DNA from: Rhynchobatus australiae
Taxonomy: Eukaryota
Assembly (NCBI GenBank): GCA_034780895.1
Contig: JAUZTB010000070.1
Span: 16,915,397 to 16,979,396, forward strand
Length of the DNA: 64,000 nucleotides
Reading direction: 5' to 3'
The notes below the pieces were generated by a model, which had not been told where the DNA came from, did no database searches, and saw nothing but the letters and a program-made list of their open reading frames with translations. The position numbers were made by a program, and so were the translations under genes. Positions 1 through 12,989 of the stretch are shown one piece after another; the first letter of the stretch is position 1; each line of letters begins with the position of its first letter.

Positions 1-1394
1 AACAAATAAAGGGAATTAAGAAAATTGAGATGAAAAGCAATTAATACAGTCAACGTAACCAGAGAATTCACAGAAAAGAGACTTGCCCAACAATAAACAT
101 GAAAATTCTGTTATTGCTTTTGTTAAAATAGCTTTGGAAAAATAACGTCTTGTTGCAATTCTACCTCTTTTCTTAATCATATGATCATTGAAGAAACATT
201 TCCTAAGCATTAATGTCCATTCCTCATAGTGGCTCAAAATTACAAAGCCACTATGAGGAATGAATATTAATGCTTATGAACCATTTTACTTTGGGGTATG
301 CACCACCATAGCTGCTCAGTGTAATAAAAAGTGTGGATGGGATGGATAGAATGATTTACTGCAGAGGCTGCAAATCAGAAAATACTAGACACACAAGAAA
401 GTTAACTTTTCAAAATGTGAAGCTTTGTTCTGTACTATTTCACACAAGAAGTGATATCTCACAAATACCAATTTAAAATCACCCATCTGCAACAATGTGT
501 GAAGGATTTCTACAATTAACACATGTGAATGAGGAAACATTATATTTTAATAAATATCTGTATGGAACTGTCACCATAGTAAATATCAGGTGTCGATGAT
601 TTGATGTTCATTGCTGCCCAAATGTCTGACCTCACAAATGAACTGAAAAATCCTCATTAGCCCACATGTGGCTCTGAGATAGGCTGGATGTTTTAAGTTA
701 TTACTGAAGGTTGCATAAGCTGTAGACCATCTACTTAATAGGTCAAAACTGAAAACTAATGGTATTTCTCAAATGACTTAGAACTACAATTATTGTGACA
801 ATCAATAGACTACAGCCTCGGTATAAAGTCAATGCATTCACTGAAATCATTGGGAAACCTTAAAGTTTTAACTCAAGAGGCAACTCCAGTAAGAAGCACT
901 CTTCCTCACTCTGGGACAGTGGATTTAAGGCTGTGCAAGGGGATCCCTGCAAAACACTGATGAACTTAGGGCACTATATTTTGAATCATGCACACACCTA
1001 GGATCCACATTGCCCAACTTTCAAATGAGAACTTCAGCTGATAAAATAAGAAAACATGCATTCTTAACATCCATTGTCAGAAATAACATACAGGCAATGT
1101 AAAAGAGAATGCAGAAATGTTTAGAAGTTGACAAGCTGGACAGGGGTCACTGATCATCCCATGGACTGCCCAACAGCAAGCATGGCTTGACTGTCTTTAA
1201 GTTGAAACCAGTGTACCTGCAGCATTGTAGACATGTACTTTGCTTGTTTTATCTGTTGGTCAACCTCAGATTCTGCCTTCTGCCTATCCAACTTTTGCCT
1301 ATCCAACTTGATGCTGCTTGAAGGTTGTTGGCTAAATGAGCTAGGATTTCCTTCATATCACTGTCTCCCGCTCCTTATTATAACCAAGAAACAC

Positions 1395-2035
1395 ATACAA
1401 GAGGAAGAGGAAGAATGGCTTTCAACCTAAGTCTACACACCTTGAAATCAACATTTGATAGGACCACATATGCTAATTCAGTGCATTCCTTCCACTGTTT
1501 ATTGTACATTTCTATGTGCTTCCAAAGGGATTCAGGATTTTCCAAAATCACCTTGGGTACTCTTTCACCATTTTAAGCAGTTATGGGCCAGGGTTTTCCA
1601 TGAGTCAATGGGGATATTACACTTTCACAAGGAGGTTTTGAGAACATCCTTAAATCATTTCCTCTGTATACCTGGCAGCCTCAATGTTGGGAATGCTGGA
1701 GTGGAAGAGGATACCAACTTTGGTCTACTTATCTGTTCAGTGGATTTGAAGGATGTTGCAGAGAAAGCATTGATGGTATCCCTCCTGTAGTCTGAGATGC
1801 TTGCTGCAAGTAGTCCATATCTTAGAAACATTTTGGAGGAGAAGAATTACTACTATCTGGCAGACCATAAAGCTTTATGCTGGGTTTGGGGTATTGATAT
1901 TCAAAAACATTTTTCCCTTACATGGCCAAAAGGCTGTGCTGGCACACTCAAGATGATGGTAAATTTCATTATCCAAGTCTGCCTTAGTTGAGAGGTGGTT
2001 CCTGAGGCGTGGAATGTGTTTCACATTCTTGCTAT
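1395..2035 (-). mobile_element. Decayed RTE-clade LINE fragment (RT C-terminal region to 3' end)
   Basis: Minus strand reads KNVKHIPRLRNHLSTKADLDNEIYHHLECASTAF, resembling RTE 'NVDHFPYLGS.LS..ADIDDEIQHRL.CASAAF'. Contains stops and frameshifts. Confidence 0.7.
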
Positions 2036-2566
2036 GCACCCTCATTTACTATAAAGTGCTGGGTGGCATCTTGGATTGTTAAAGGTACTAGATAAATACC
2101 TTTTCATGAAGCTGTCACATGAAGACATTATATAAAGCTGTAATAAAATGTAATTATGTACAGTCATTTTCACAAATTAGGAGGGCTATTTAAACAGCAA
2201 TTCAAAATATTTATTTACTGATCAAATCCAATGCATTAAAAGGGACTGTAAGAAAGACTGTGCAAGGTGGGGAGGGACTCATGTGGAACACAAACCATGG
2301 CAGAGACCAGTTGGGCCTAATGACACTTATCTGCCAAATTCTACATACTGTGAAGCAAAGATAGTTCAGGAAGTATGTGCTCCCAGTGTGCTCTGAATCC
2401 CTTCCAGACAATGGAGGTTTGTTGCACAATGTATGAATGGCTCTAATATCTCAGCTCTGGAATAATTCAGCAGTGCCATAGAAGCAGTTAAGGATGGTTG
2501 GTTTTAACACACACAAAATGGTGGAGGAACTCAGCAGGTCAGCCAGCATCTATGGAGAGAAATAAA

Positions 2567-2604
2567 CAGTCAATATTTCAGGTCGAGACCCTCCATCAGG
2601 ACTG
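2567..2604 (-). ncRNA. Minimal hammerhead ribozyme motif, degenerate core
   Basis: Minus strand CAGUC-CUGAUGG-AGGGUCUCGACCU-GAAA-UAUU-GACUG. Stem I is a perfect 5 bp, but the core reads CUGAUGG instead of CUGAUGA and the triplet is AUU. Confidence 0.55.
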
Positions 2605-2917
2605 GAAAGGAAGAGGGAAGAAGCCGAAATAAAAAGGTCAGGGGAGGTAGAGGAGTACATGCAGGCAGGTGATAGCAACTGCAGAATCTCATGTCTCCAT
2701 TTTGCTGCTCCACTGTGAAGTCTCTTTGTGGTGTGCCTACCCTGAAGAAGTTTTCCTCCTCTCTTCGAAACAAGTTCTGTGAAGCCCTCCCTCATTGCTC
2801 CCCCTCTGTGATCTCTGCTGCTCTCTAGCTCTTCAACCATGTGCACCTATCACCTGCCTGCATGTGCTCCTGCCCCTTCCCCGACCTTCTTATTACAGCT
2901 TCTGTCCTCTTCCTTTC

Positions 2918-2955
2918 CAGTCCTGATGAAGGGACTTAACTTGAAACGTCAACTG
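2918..2955 (+). ncRNA. Minimal type I hammerhead ribozyme motif (core intact)
   Basis: CAGUC-CUGAUGA-AGGGACUUAACUU-GAAA-CGUC-AACUG. The CUGAUGA and GAAA cores are present, stem I is CAGU/ACUG, stem II is short, stem III is palindromic ACGU, and the GUC triplet predicts a cut after 2950. Confidence 0.7.
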
Positions 2956-4279
2956 TTCATTTCTCCCCATAGATGCTGCTTGACCTGCCGAGTTCCTCCA
3001 GCATTTTGGTGTGTGTTGCTCCAGATTTCTGCATCTGCAGAATCTTGTGTCTCTGATAGCTGGTTTTAATTCAGCTTCAGGGTCTGTGAGCCAGCTCTCA
3101 GCTGATTACCCATTAATCAGCAATCAGTGTCCAACCGAGAGAATAGGAAATTGATAGATACACTCTTCCAGAATCTGTATTAAAGAAAAGTACAAAGTTA
3201 GGGAATGGAAATAAAGACTAATCGCAATCACATGCAGTGATTTTGTTTTGGTATGACTTTTAAGTCAGCATCATTCAAGTCACTCATGGATTCTGCACCT
3301 TCACAGGTAGTTATACTGGGATTCCAGATCATTTCAGACAGCTATGGAAATTGAAACACCAAAATTGCAGTCAAGCAAGAAAACTTTGTCCTAGACATAT
3401 TCCATGCAAAGCAAAAATCAACAACCAAAAAAACCTTGAATGCTATACAGTTAAGTGCATTATGCACAATTCACACTGCTATCGCTGTGAACCTCCTGAG
3501 CCACCAACCCCTTTCCCACCTCAGCATTCTTGAAAATCTAACAGAATCCCACTGCTCTTGAAGCAATACTATAAATTATGCACAAGACCATTACTTCCAG
3601 CTATGATACAAAATTAGCACTAATGAAAATGGCAATTGAATTGTGGGCTAAAGTAACAAACCACTGCAGACAACTGTTTAATTTTAAACAATTTTGTTGT
3701 CACATAATAATAATTATATTGTTATTAATGCATTTGTAGTAGAGTATTCAAACAAAATGCTCCATAGTTTTATTTGATATATAAAAAACCTTGAATTTAT
3801 ATAATGTCCATTATATCCTCAGGACAATGCAAACCAATTCATATCCAATTAATTACCTTTAAGGCGCAATCACCATTGTTATGTAGGCAAACATAACATT
3901 TAAGGTGCTAATTAAATGCAAAATCTTATTTTAATAATAGTTTCTTCAGCACTGCATTGTAATGTGCATGGCAACTTTGATCACCTACTCATTACATAGT
4001 ATTATATTACATAGTAATTATTCCCTCATGTGTTTATGTAACTTCCCCATAAAAGCATCCATGTTAATCATCTCAATTACTACTGGTGATAGTGTGCTCC
4101 AGGCTCCAAGCAATCTCTCAATCCACACTTTTATGCTCAAATCATTACTGAATTTATTAGTAGCTATTTATTTGTAGTCTCCCGAGATATGTTACATGGT
4201 ACAATGGTACTTCGCTTTGTGCAGAGGATGGTTCCCAGGAACAAGAGGTCAAATGGAAGTGGAGAGGAATTGCCATTAG

Positions 4280-4584
4280 AAGGAGATTCCAGGATCTAAG
4301 GGCACAGCCTCAGAATAAAGATGAGGAGATAGAACTGAGATGAGGAGATAGAACTGAGATGAGGAAGAATTTCAGCCAGAGGGTGGGGAATCCATGGAAT
4401 TCTTTGCTACAGAGGGATGTGAAGGACAAGTCATTGAGTGTATTTAAGACAGAGATTGATTGGTAAGGGGGTTAAAGGTCACGGGGAGAAGACAGGAGAA
4501 TGGAATTGCAAAGCAAAAAAAAGCAGCCATGACTGAATGGCAGAGCAGACTTGATGGGCCAAATGGCCTACTTCTGCTCCCATA
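4280..4584 (+). mobile_element. CR1 LINE 3' end, 5'-truncated, with internal 19-bp tandem duplication
   Basis: Shows kaggggcacagcctcagaataaag-type ORF2 end, ...cagagggtggggaatccatggaattc..., and the 3' tail gatgggccaaatggcctacttctgctcc. gatgaggagatagaactga is repeated ~2.4x at 4320-4365. Confidence 0.8.
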
Positions 4585-7389
4585 GAGAGCGAGAGAGAGC
4601 AAGACCACTGGCCTAGTACCACCGCTGTGTTCGGAACCTGGCATGATCCCCTGTTGCTGTGCTAAGAATCTGCATGAATCTAGCAGTGAACCATCCCACA
4701 GTGTGGCTGTGATGGCTGGTGTTGGGAAGGCTGGGGTAAGCATTGCAGCTGCTCAGCATTGAGATGTGAGGCTCAATCCTGGCAGGTACAGTGAGTGGAG
4801 GCCATCGTTAGGAGCTAGCAGCTCCTGCCCCACGCTTTGATAGGATCCTTTGGTCTCTAATCACTTCCTGTTGGATGTGATGGAAGCTGCTGATTCTCCC
4901 CTCTCTTTGTTTGGCGACACAATTATCCCCAGTTCAGAGACTCCTCTGTGGTAACAAGCTAAAGGTGGTCATTGGCAGTTGAGTGCCTTACCATAAAGAA
5001 ATCTGCAGTCCCCAGCAATTCCTGCACTTCCCATGCTAGCCAAAGTGCAGTCTGAAGGCCCATATCTCAAGTTCGGCCACACCACTCATCCTGGAATGCC
5101 CTAAACGAGCACTCACAGGGAGCATCTCCACAACCAGCCATGGGACAGTTCGGTCCTGGGGGAGTGCCAATGAAGGACACGGTATTTACACCAGGTTCCT
5201 GCCACAGTAGCCCAAGAAAATGCTTTTCTTTGAAAAAAATACATCGAGTTACATACCTTTAAATACACGGGCATTCAGACTTCAAGAACAACAGCACTAT
5301 AATCAATCAATACTCTATGGAGAAGCACAAAGCAGGATGTCAGTGTACCAGCATATTCCACAGTCAGGTTGAGACTATGTAGGCATTGTTGCCCAGATAA
5401 GAAGGGCATGAAAAAAGATATCTCAAGAGGCAGATGATTTAGCTGCAAGCCAATGACCATTTATACCTGGAGCAGGATATCACAATCTGCTCAAAGAATC
5501 ACTTATGATGCAGAGTGATCCAAATAACCTTGCACCGGCTCTAGTATGGCCAGGTCAACAATGCCAACCAAGCATAGTGTGAAGTGGAGGAGGGTTGCTT
5601 CAATGTTCCATATACCCCAAATGTTACTGCAGGGTCTTGAAATATTCTTGATTAAAGTTCTGGTCTCAAGTGCAAGTGGAAACATTTTCTCAACAGATAG
5701 CTTATGAAAATCATGAAAGTCTGCTCACTACCATTTTGAAATGAAGTTTTGGTCAATTCAGTTTCTGCTTACAGCCTTGAGTCTTTCAGTGTTCTCCTGA
5801 GGCATCAAAGTATTTAATCACCTGAATGTCCCAAAATGATTGCTCTCAAACCCACTGCAACAAATCATACTTAAGTGTCAAAGATGGCTCTGTGTCTAAA
5901 AACAATGTACTTATATAAATAACAGAAGGGCTCCTACTCAATCTAGATTTAAACCAGGATGCTACAATTGGTCTCATCTCCTCAAAGTCAATCTGAAGCC
6001 CATCTATCAGATATGATTTAGATCATCCCCAGTTATATCCTCTCTCCCACCATTGTCTTCAATAATGCACAATACAAGAGGGCCAGCCATAAGGTGTAGG
6101 TTCAAGTGAAGTCATACCCAAAGCAAGGCATCAGCACCTTCAAAGTAAAAAGGTAGAATTGACAAAGATATACAAAAAAAACACTCCCCATAGTACTTCC
6201 CCCATTCATTAACTGTGGAACATCTCAATGTTAAACATTAACACCATTGCAAACTACTCGAAGTCATAAACAACCTATTCTAATAAGAAAAATATCATGT
6301 GCAGCCCAGCCCATTTAACCACTAAAACTAGGCTGGGATCTCACTCAGATAAACATTGAAACAGCAGCTTCCAATTCTAGGAAAGCAGTCCATTTGCAAA
6401 GAGAAACCATTAATCAGCCAATTCCTCAAAAAAAACCCTGCATCAGCCACAAGAAGATAGGCTACTGTAGTTTTTTTTTCAGTGTAGTGGATCCTTCCCC
6501 ACCCACCATATTAAATAATCATCATTAAATCTTATTATATACCAGTCATGTTTTTCAGAGCTGAAATTCTCATTTTCTCCTCACTGTCCCCATCAATATT
6601 CCACAAAATTTACTCATCTATTTTGCTGTGTACCAGATTTCTTCCTCAAATTCCCACAGAGAGTAGCTACAAACATGCATTTTAGAAAAAACATCAATAT
6701 ACATGAAAGGGAAACTAATGAAAGGTTCTGACAGTTTAGTTAGCCAGTGAAATTTAGGTGTAGTATGGACTAAACTGAGTCAAATGCCCTGTTGCAAATG
6801 CTACAAAAATTCAATGTAATTCTCTGCAAAATATCTAAGGTGTTAACTCCTGGACTACAACTTCATGAACACTGGGTCACTGGAAGTCATATTTTCAATC
6901 AAAAATTGAAGCAATGATCAGTAATCCGTCATGGAGGGCTGCAGGATCATATTCTCACCCAAAGTCCATCATTTCTCATCCATTCCAGCAGAATCATAAA
7001 CTAACCAAGGAAAACACTGGTTGATAATCTTCTCTGTCCCTGGACCACTTTACTGCTACCCAGATTGTGATGAGCAAACTAATCACAGAAGAAAGAACAG
7101 ACCTAGCTTCTTCTAGTCAAAATGACTCAGTACTATGGCACGTTGTTCCACTTAGGCTTGGAGTCATCAACAAAAACAATCTGTCTCTTTCTCACTCTGA
7201 ATATTGATCATGTCACATCACAAAAGAATAACACATACTTACATTTCAAAAAAGGTGTGGAACTAGACCAATATGAGTCATTGCCTCCAGGAAGGAGGGA
7301 TGAAAATAAATACACACATCGTCACTCATCGTTACCCATTAACAAACTACATACAAAAGATCAAGTAAAAACTCCTTTACAACTCAAGT

Positions 7390-7610
7390 GCCAACTTGGC
7401 TCAGTTCAAGCTTCATTCCAGAGACTTAAAAACACAATCCATATTGACACTTCAGTGCAGTACTCACAGCGCTGCATTATTAAAGGTGCTGTTTTTTTTC
7501 TTGGATGAGAGGCAAACTGTGGCACTCTTTGCCTGTCCGGATGAACATGAACTACTTCCCACAAGCACTGGAGCCAAGAAATTGGATCACATTGCACTGT
7601 TTATAAAGTA
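7390..7610 (+). mobile_element. Deu-domain SINE (SacSINE1/AmnSINE-like), decayed
   Basis: cagtgcagtactca...gctgcatt...ggtgctgttttt...ggatgagag...aaactgtggc resembles the Deu-domain core. Confidence 0.55.
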
Positions 7611-9594
7611 CAATGTGATCCCAATTCAATTCAACCCAAATTGCATTTACAAGCATTTCTGAGGAACTTCCACCAATTGCAAAGCTCAGAGCCATGGAGT
7701 CATACTTGAGCACTTGAATTTTTCTGGAGTCTTGTTTTTCCCATGATTTAAAGGGGCGCTAATACTGGCATTGGGAAAACTAATTGGGTAGCCTCAGAAC
7801 TAAATATGAAATGCTCAAATATTTCCCAAAGTCCACGGAGTGTGCTAAAATTATCAGGAAGTGTTTTTTTTTCCAGCCATTTGTAAGTGATCTGCTCTTT
7901 CAGTAAGTGCCACAACAGCAATGGACCAGCAGCAAGCCATTACAAGTGGCTTCAAGAAAGCTGCAACAGCCCACTCAGGATAAATGGGGGATTTTAGTGA
8001 AGGAAGCAACAATATAATGATCTGTGAGCAGCCTATTCCCACACTTGACAGACACCACCTGAAGAATGATGTATTCACAAACACCAGTTTTCAAACACTG
8101 TCATCACAAAGACATTGGAAATTTTGCAGACGATGCTTGATATTTGCCAGAACTGTTCAGGTAGCCGATGACAACACATGTCCATAAGGGGTCCCAGTAA
8201 TAATCCTGACTTTTCTACCAAAAGTAAGGGTTCTCATTCCCTGAATGTACTGTGATCTTCAACTGTGAGAAGAAGTTACCCATGGTCAATGCCATACTCT
8301 CTGCCAGCACCCATGATTCTTAATTCCCAGGAGTATGCCAGCACTGCTCCATGGGACAAGGGTTACCCTTGTCTGCTCAGCACCAGTTCACACTCCAAGC
8401 ACAGCAGCTGAGCAACGATACAGGAGTCATCCAAGTATCAAATTGGTTATGGAAAACATCAATAGCTTTCTTAAGATGAAATTCCATTCCCCGAATCAAT
8501 TTGAGAGGACTATGTAATCATTTTCATCAATCATGTGCAAAACTTCATCATGCACCACATGTTCTACAACATTTCCAATGGCAGACAAGAGCCAGAGCAA
8601 CATGGGGACTGGAGTCTAAAGATCATGAGGCAGACAGAGCAGCAGGACAACCCAGGTGTTGCCTTAGCTCAACAGCAGCAGCCTCATCCCCCCCAGCTAA
8701 CTCATCCTTAATGTAAACCAAGTAACCCTCTCCACGTTCTAACTGTTAACACCAACAAAGTAAACTAATAACCAGATGGAAAGCCCAGATGATGCATAAA
8801 ACTCACTCACATAAATGTTCTGCAGTTTCACCTGCATTGATTATAACATTTCAATGAGTTCTTGATCCTATCAGTTAAATGCCTTACTGCAATATCTCCA
8901 TATTTCTTGATGATTAGCACCTTGCTTAAAGAACTATGACCACTGCCAAAAATACACTTTCTTCAGGTGTGGCTCCACTCTGCATGTGTAAATATTGGTC
9001 GAGTAGCTGAACATTTTGGACTGATGCTCAACATTGATTGGTGGCTAGGAACAATTGCAGCAATGCAGCTCAAAGTAATGCATATCATAATATGTTGATA
9101 ACATTGCATCAATGGGTAGAGAGAAGCACTGAGGAGCTGTCAATTCAAGCCCATGAAGTCCACATTCAATCAACGATGTAATTCGTGCAAGATTAATTTT
9201 AAAATCATTTCAAGATTCACAATAGAGAAAATAACTAAAGAACTCTCAGTGGTCGTAACACTGTGTTTCATTCAGCTCATGATAGTGGGAGGTAATTGAT
9301 GTATAGTCATTTTTTCTTCCACAAGCAATCCCTTTTGACTAATGCTGTCACTTATTGCTGTTAGTTTCAATACTGCACATGAAAGGGAAGGGAGGGTAGA
9401 GGAGAACAAAGAACAGCACTTAAATTTCACCAGCCAACCTTGCTTATTTTCTTCAACCTCTCATGGATATTCTCCCTCAGAAGTTGCCATAATAAGTATT
9501 ATAAGAGTGATGAATCCCAAGATAGGATCCAACTTCACAATGGAGATTCCCCAAAATAACATGGCTGTTATGGCATAGATCAAAAAAGTTCAGT

Positions 9595-9896
9595 CATGTG
9601 TCACCAGGGGACATAATTATAATTTTAAGGTGATTAGAGGAAGGTATAAAGGGGGGATGTCAGGGGTAAGTTTTTTTTTACACAGAGAAGCGTGGGTGTG
9701 TGAAACGCATTGCCAGCAGAGGTTGTGGGGGCAGATACATGAGGGACATTTAAGAGACTCATGAATGATAGAAAAATAGGGGGCTATGTGGGAGGGGAGG
9801 GTTAGATAGATCTTAGAGCAGGATAAAATGTCAGCACAACACTGTGTGCCGAAGGGCCTGTACTGTGCTGTAGTGTTCTATGTTCTACGTGCTCTA
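9595..9896 (+). mobile_element. CR1 LINE 3' end (relatively young subfamily)
   Basis: Highly similar to 31560-31851. Ends in gccgaagggcctgtactgtgctgtagtgttctatgttcta with (tgttcta)n tail. Confidence 0.85.
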
Positions 9897-12014
9897 TTGT
9901 AGTGAGGTAATATTTTCAATGGAAAAGCATCATTCACTGTCTAGGCAAAAATCAACATTTTGCTCAGGCAATGAGAACAGCAATTTGCTCCCTAAGTGCA
10001 TATCATTGAACAGCTTCATGATGCTCCCAAATGGCAGAGAATGAACCTCCAGCTGGATCAGGTGAGACAGCATTGAAGCTTCCACAGTAGCTGTCACCTG
10101 AACCAGACGATGCTGTATGATGGAATTGTAAGACCAGCCCTCCCAAAGAAGTCTGCATGACCTCCAGATTAACAATGAACGAAACATCTTACAGTGTTTT
10201 CACATCAGCCAAGGCACAAAGTCATCCCAATTATGATCCTCATCTAAGTCTCAGGTGCAGTGCAGATGGCCGGCCATTACATGCCCATGAAATTAAGCAT
10301 CTCCTCTAGGTTGGCAAGGTACTGAATTCATACCCCCACCAGCCCCCATACCCTTCCTCCCCCCAACATGTACCTTCCCTCATTTTCACCACCTATTTAG
10401 CCTGAAAGAAGGAGATGAAGGATACTGAGCATCTTTTCATTATTGTATATTTGTAGAGTTGGTGTGTGGTAGGGAATAAAATGTCAAGGGTGAGGCAAGG
10501 GTGGGAGAAGAACAGAATATTGTGTTTGAATGAAGAACACTTTGTATGAATTAAGAGTTTGGAAAAATGCACATATGGGTATCTGATGGGTAAGCATGTC
10601 TGTATGAAAGAAAAGAATTTTCAGTGGCATATAATTGACCTTGACTTACTTGTAAGCTCATGAAATTTCTTGCAGCATCACTCTATTGTCTATATATTCT
10701 CATTCCTGGAGAGGACCATTCCAGCCAACTCCTGCCAGGCTCTTATATTGGTCCCAGTGGGTCTCCTGGCACCCAAGACACACAGGACTTCCTGCCTTTC
10801 ATTTATGAGGTTGTCCCTTTCAGAAAAATGAAAAGCTCTATCCCTTTCTCCACAGCCTCTCACTCTCCCACAGCACCCATAATTTACTCCTTATCTGGTT
10901 GCACTGAACTTAGTGTGGTATTATCCAGAAACAGGTGTAAATCATCCTAACACTGATTCAGGTTTACTTTTGGTTAATTTTGTTGGATTCTGAGGGAGAC
11001 TGATTTGCTACTAGGGCTACACATGACAACATATTAGCTCAAAAAAACAGGTAAAAAATCTCATTTCCAGGAATGGGAATCCACAGATAGGGTGATCACA
11101 AACACAAGTATATAATTTCATAACTATTCCAACTCAACATAGACAAGTCTACAATTTCTGGAAGGGGAAAGGGAGTGATGCTGAATTTCTTCCCCATTTC
11201 TGCCCTCCCACCTCCAAATTTTAATCATTATTTAATATTTTAGAACTTCATTAGTCTTCTTTAAATATAACTCAACACTCTGTAACCAATCTCGTAGCTA
11301 ATAACTCAAGACCCTGCCTAACTTCAATGTCAAGAAAAGTCATAATCTCAACCTTTGGAACATCTTAAGTAATGCACAAATCCTCCCTCACTCAATGAAC
11401 TGGAAACACAGCTTAAGAGGAAGTGAGTGAATGACGCACATAGCTGCTTTCAGCAGTATTTACAGGAAAATATTTTGCTTTTTAAACTAAACTTCAGAAG
11501 CAATTAAGATCAGGTTAAGATGGTTTAAGCAGAACAGAGGTCTGTGTTTATACATTGCTGATTATGGCAGAGTCATGCTGGTACTCTTCAAAGTGTGAAA
11601 ATAGTTTTGTTTTGAAAACAAGTGGGCTTCTATCTGGGCATTGCTTAGTGGAACTAGCAGTCAGAATGGCGTCTGGTTAGTTACAGATGCCAAACTTGGA
11701 GATGAACACACATGCCAGAGTGTTGCAGACAGGAAGGACTTACAGAAGCCCCTGTTCAAGTGGAGGGTTTTGACTGCACAGCAATTAATAGGGATTAAGA
11801 CTGGTTCAAACTGAAAGATGTAAATAGACCAATGATGTCTCCTTCATACACAGATCAGTGAGTCCATATACACTTCATAAGATATGACTGCAAAGGGTAT
11901 CTCATTCAAATCAAATCATATCCTCCATATTGATACTTGGAGAGATGAGTAGGTCAATCAGCTCACTGAACTATCCAGCCATACAGGTGCATGCTGATCT
12001 GTACTTCAATCCCA

Positions 12015-12460
12015 TTTATAATAAAATTCCATAAATTCAGCACACTCAGGCCTTTCATGGTGATGGACTGGCAGAGTTTCCAGACTATTGTAGATTATTT
12101 CAATTAATAATCCAACCCACTTTTAATTCACCTTTTATTAAGTTTACACGGTAGTATAATACATTTTCCAGCAAGCCCAGTAAGTTTAAAGGGAGCATGA
12201 GAACCAAGGCCTCAATGTGCTAAAGGGAACAAAGGAACCAAGGTTCCAATGTGTTAGATGGAGTGCCGGAACCAGGACCCTGATGGATTAAAGGGAGTGT
12301 GGGAACCAGGGCTCCAATTTGCATGGAATCAGGGCCCTCGAGTGCTAAAGGGGGTGCAGAAACCAGGGGCATGGTGTGTTGAATGGATCAGTATCCAGTG
12401 ATCCAAAAGCCAAACCACTGGGATTTTTAATTGGACAGTTGATTATAGAGTTTTACTGCA
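12015..12460. mobile_element. Probable Tigger/pogo-type MITE carrying an internal minisatellite
   Basis: Right end gattatagagttttactgca (reverse complement tgcagtaaaactctataatc) imperfectly matches left end tatataaaattccataaattc. Confidence 0.45.
12187..12379. repeat. Diverged 34-bp minisatellite, ~5.7 units
   Basis: Units start at 12187, 12221, 12255, 12289, 12323 (truncated, 23 nt) and 12346. Consensus ~TAAAGGGAGYRYRGGAACCAGGGCYCCAATGTGY. Confidence 0.85.
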
Positions 12461-12989
12461 CCTCCATTTATTCTTTATCACCTGATACTCTTCATTAAAA
12501 TCTTGTAACTTTTATCAAATATGATGTTAGGAAGACAATTCTTGCAAAATCTTCAACAAATGCAAATGAGGATAAGGTGCTAATCTGAACATCTGCTACA
12601 TTGAACAAAATTTAATCCCACATCAAAACAAATTGGGACTTCCAACTTTATCTTGTAAAATGAACCTTATCTGCTCCAGAGGCCCCATGTAAAACCACAG
12701 AAAAAATATCTAACCTCAGCAGCTGCTTCTAACCCCAGAATTCAAAAACACCCTAGCCACCTCAGTGAGAAGCTTTGGGCAATCATGTACCTGAACTAAA
12801 GCTATAAACAGTCTGACTAAACATTAGTTGTGGTGAAAATTAGAAAATTAGTGCAGAGACCAATGTCAGAGAGTTCAATGTCAGGAGAGGGTTCCCATTC
12901 CTAAATATTGCCCCATGTTCCTGCAGATCACTGTCAATTGGGTCCAAAGACCTCAGCATAAAAGTGTAAAGACTTTCTTAGTAGAGAAT

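Larger units (their letters stand above)
2508..3054. mobile_element. Non-autonomous Penelope-like (PLE) insertion with inverted terminal-repeat arms and 15-bp target-site duplication
   Basis: Arm 2508-2675 is the reverse complement of ~2847-3016. Flanks gatggttggttttaa (2493-2507) and gatagctggttttaa (3055-3069) match at 13/15. Each arm holds a minimal hammerhead motif of the kind found in PLE terminal repeats. Confidence 0.75.

Noticed and set aside
12187-12379. CRISPR-like periodic array
   Set aside because: Units are contiguous diverged copies with no unique spacers, in a vertebrate intron with no cas genes. It is a minisatellite.
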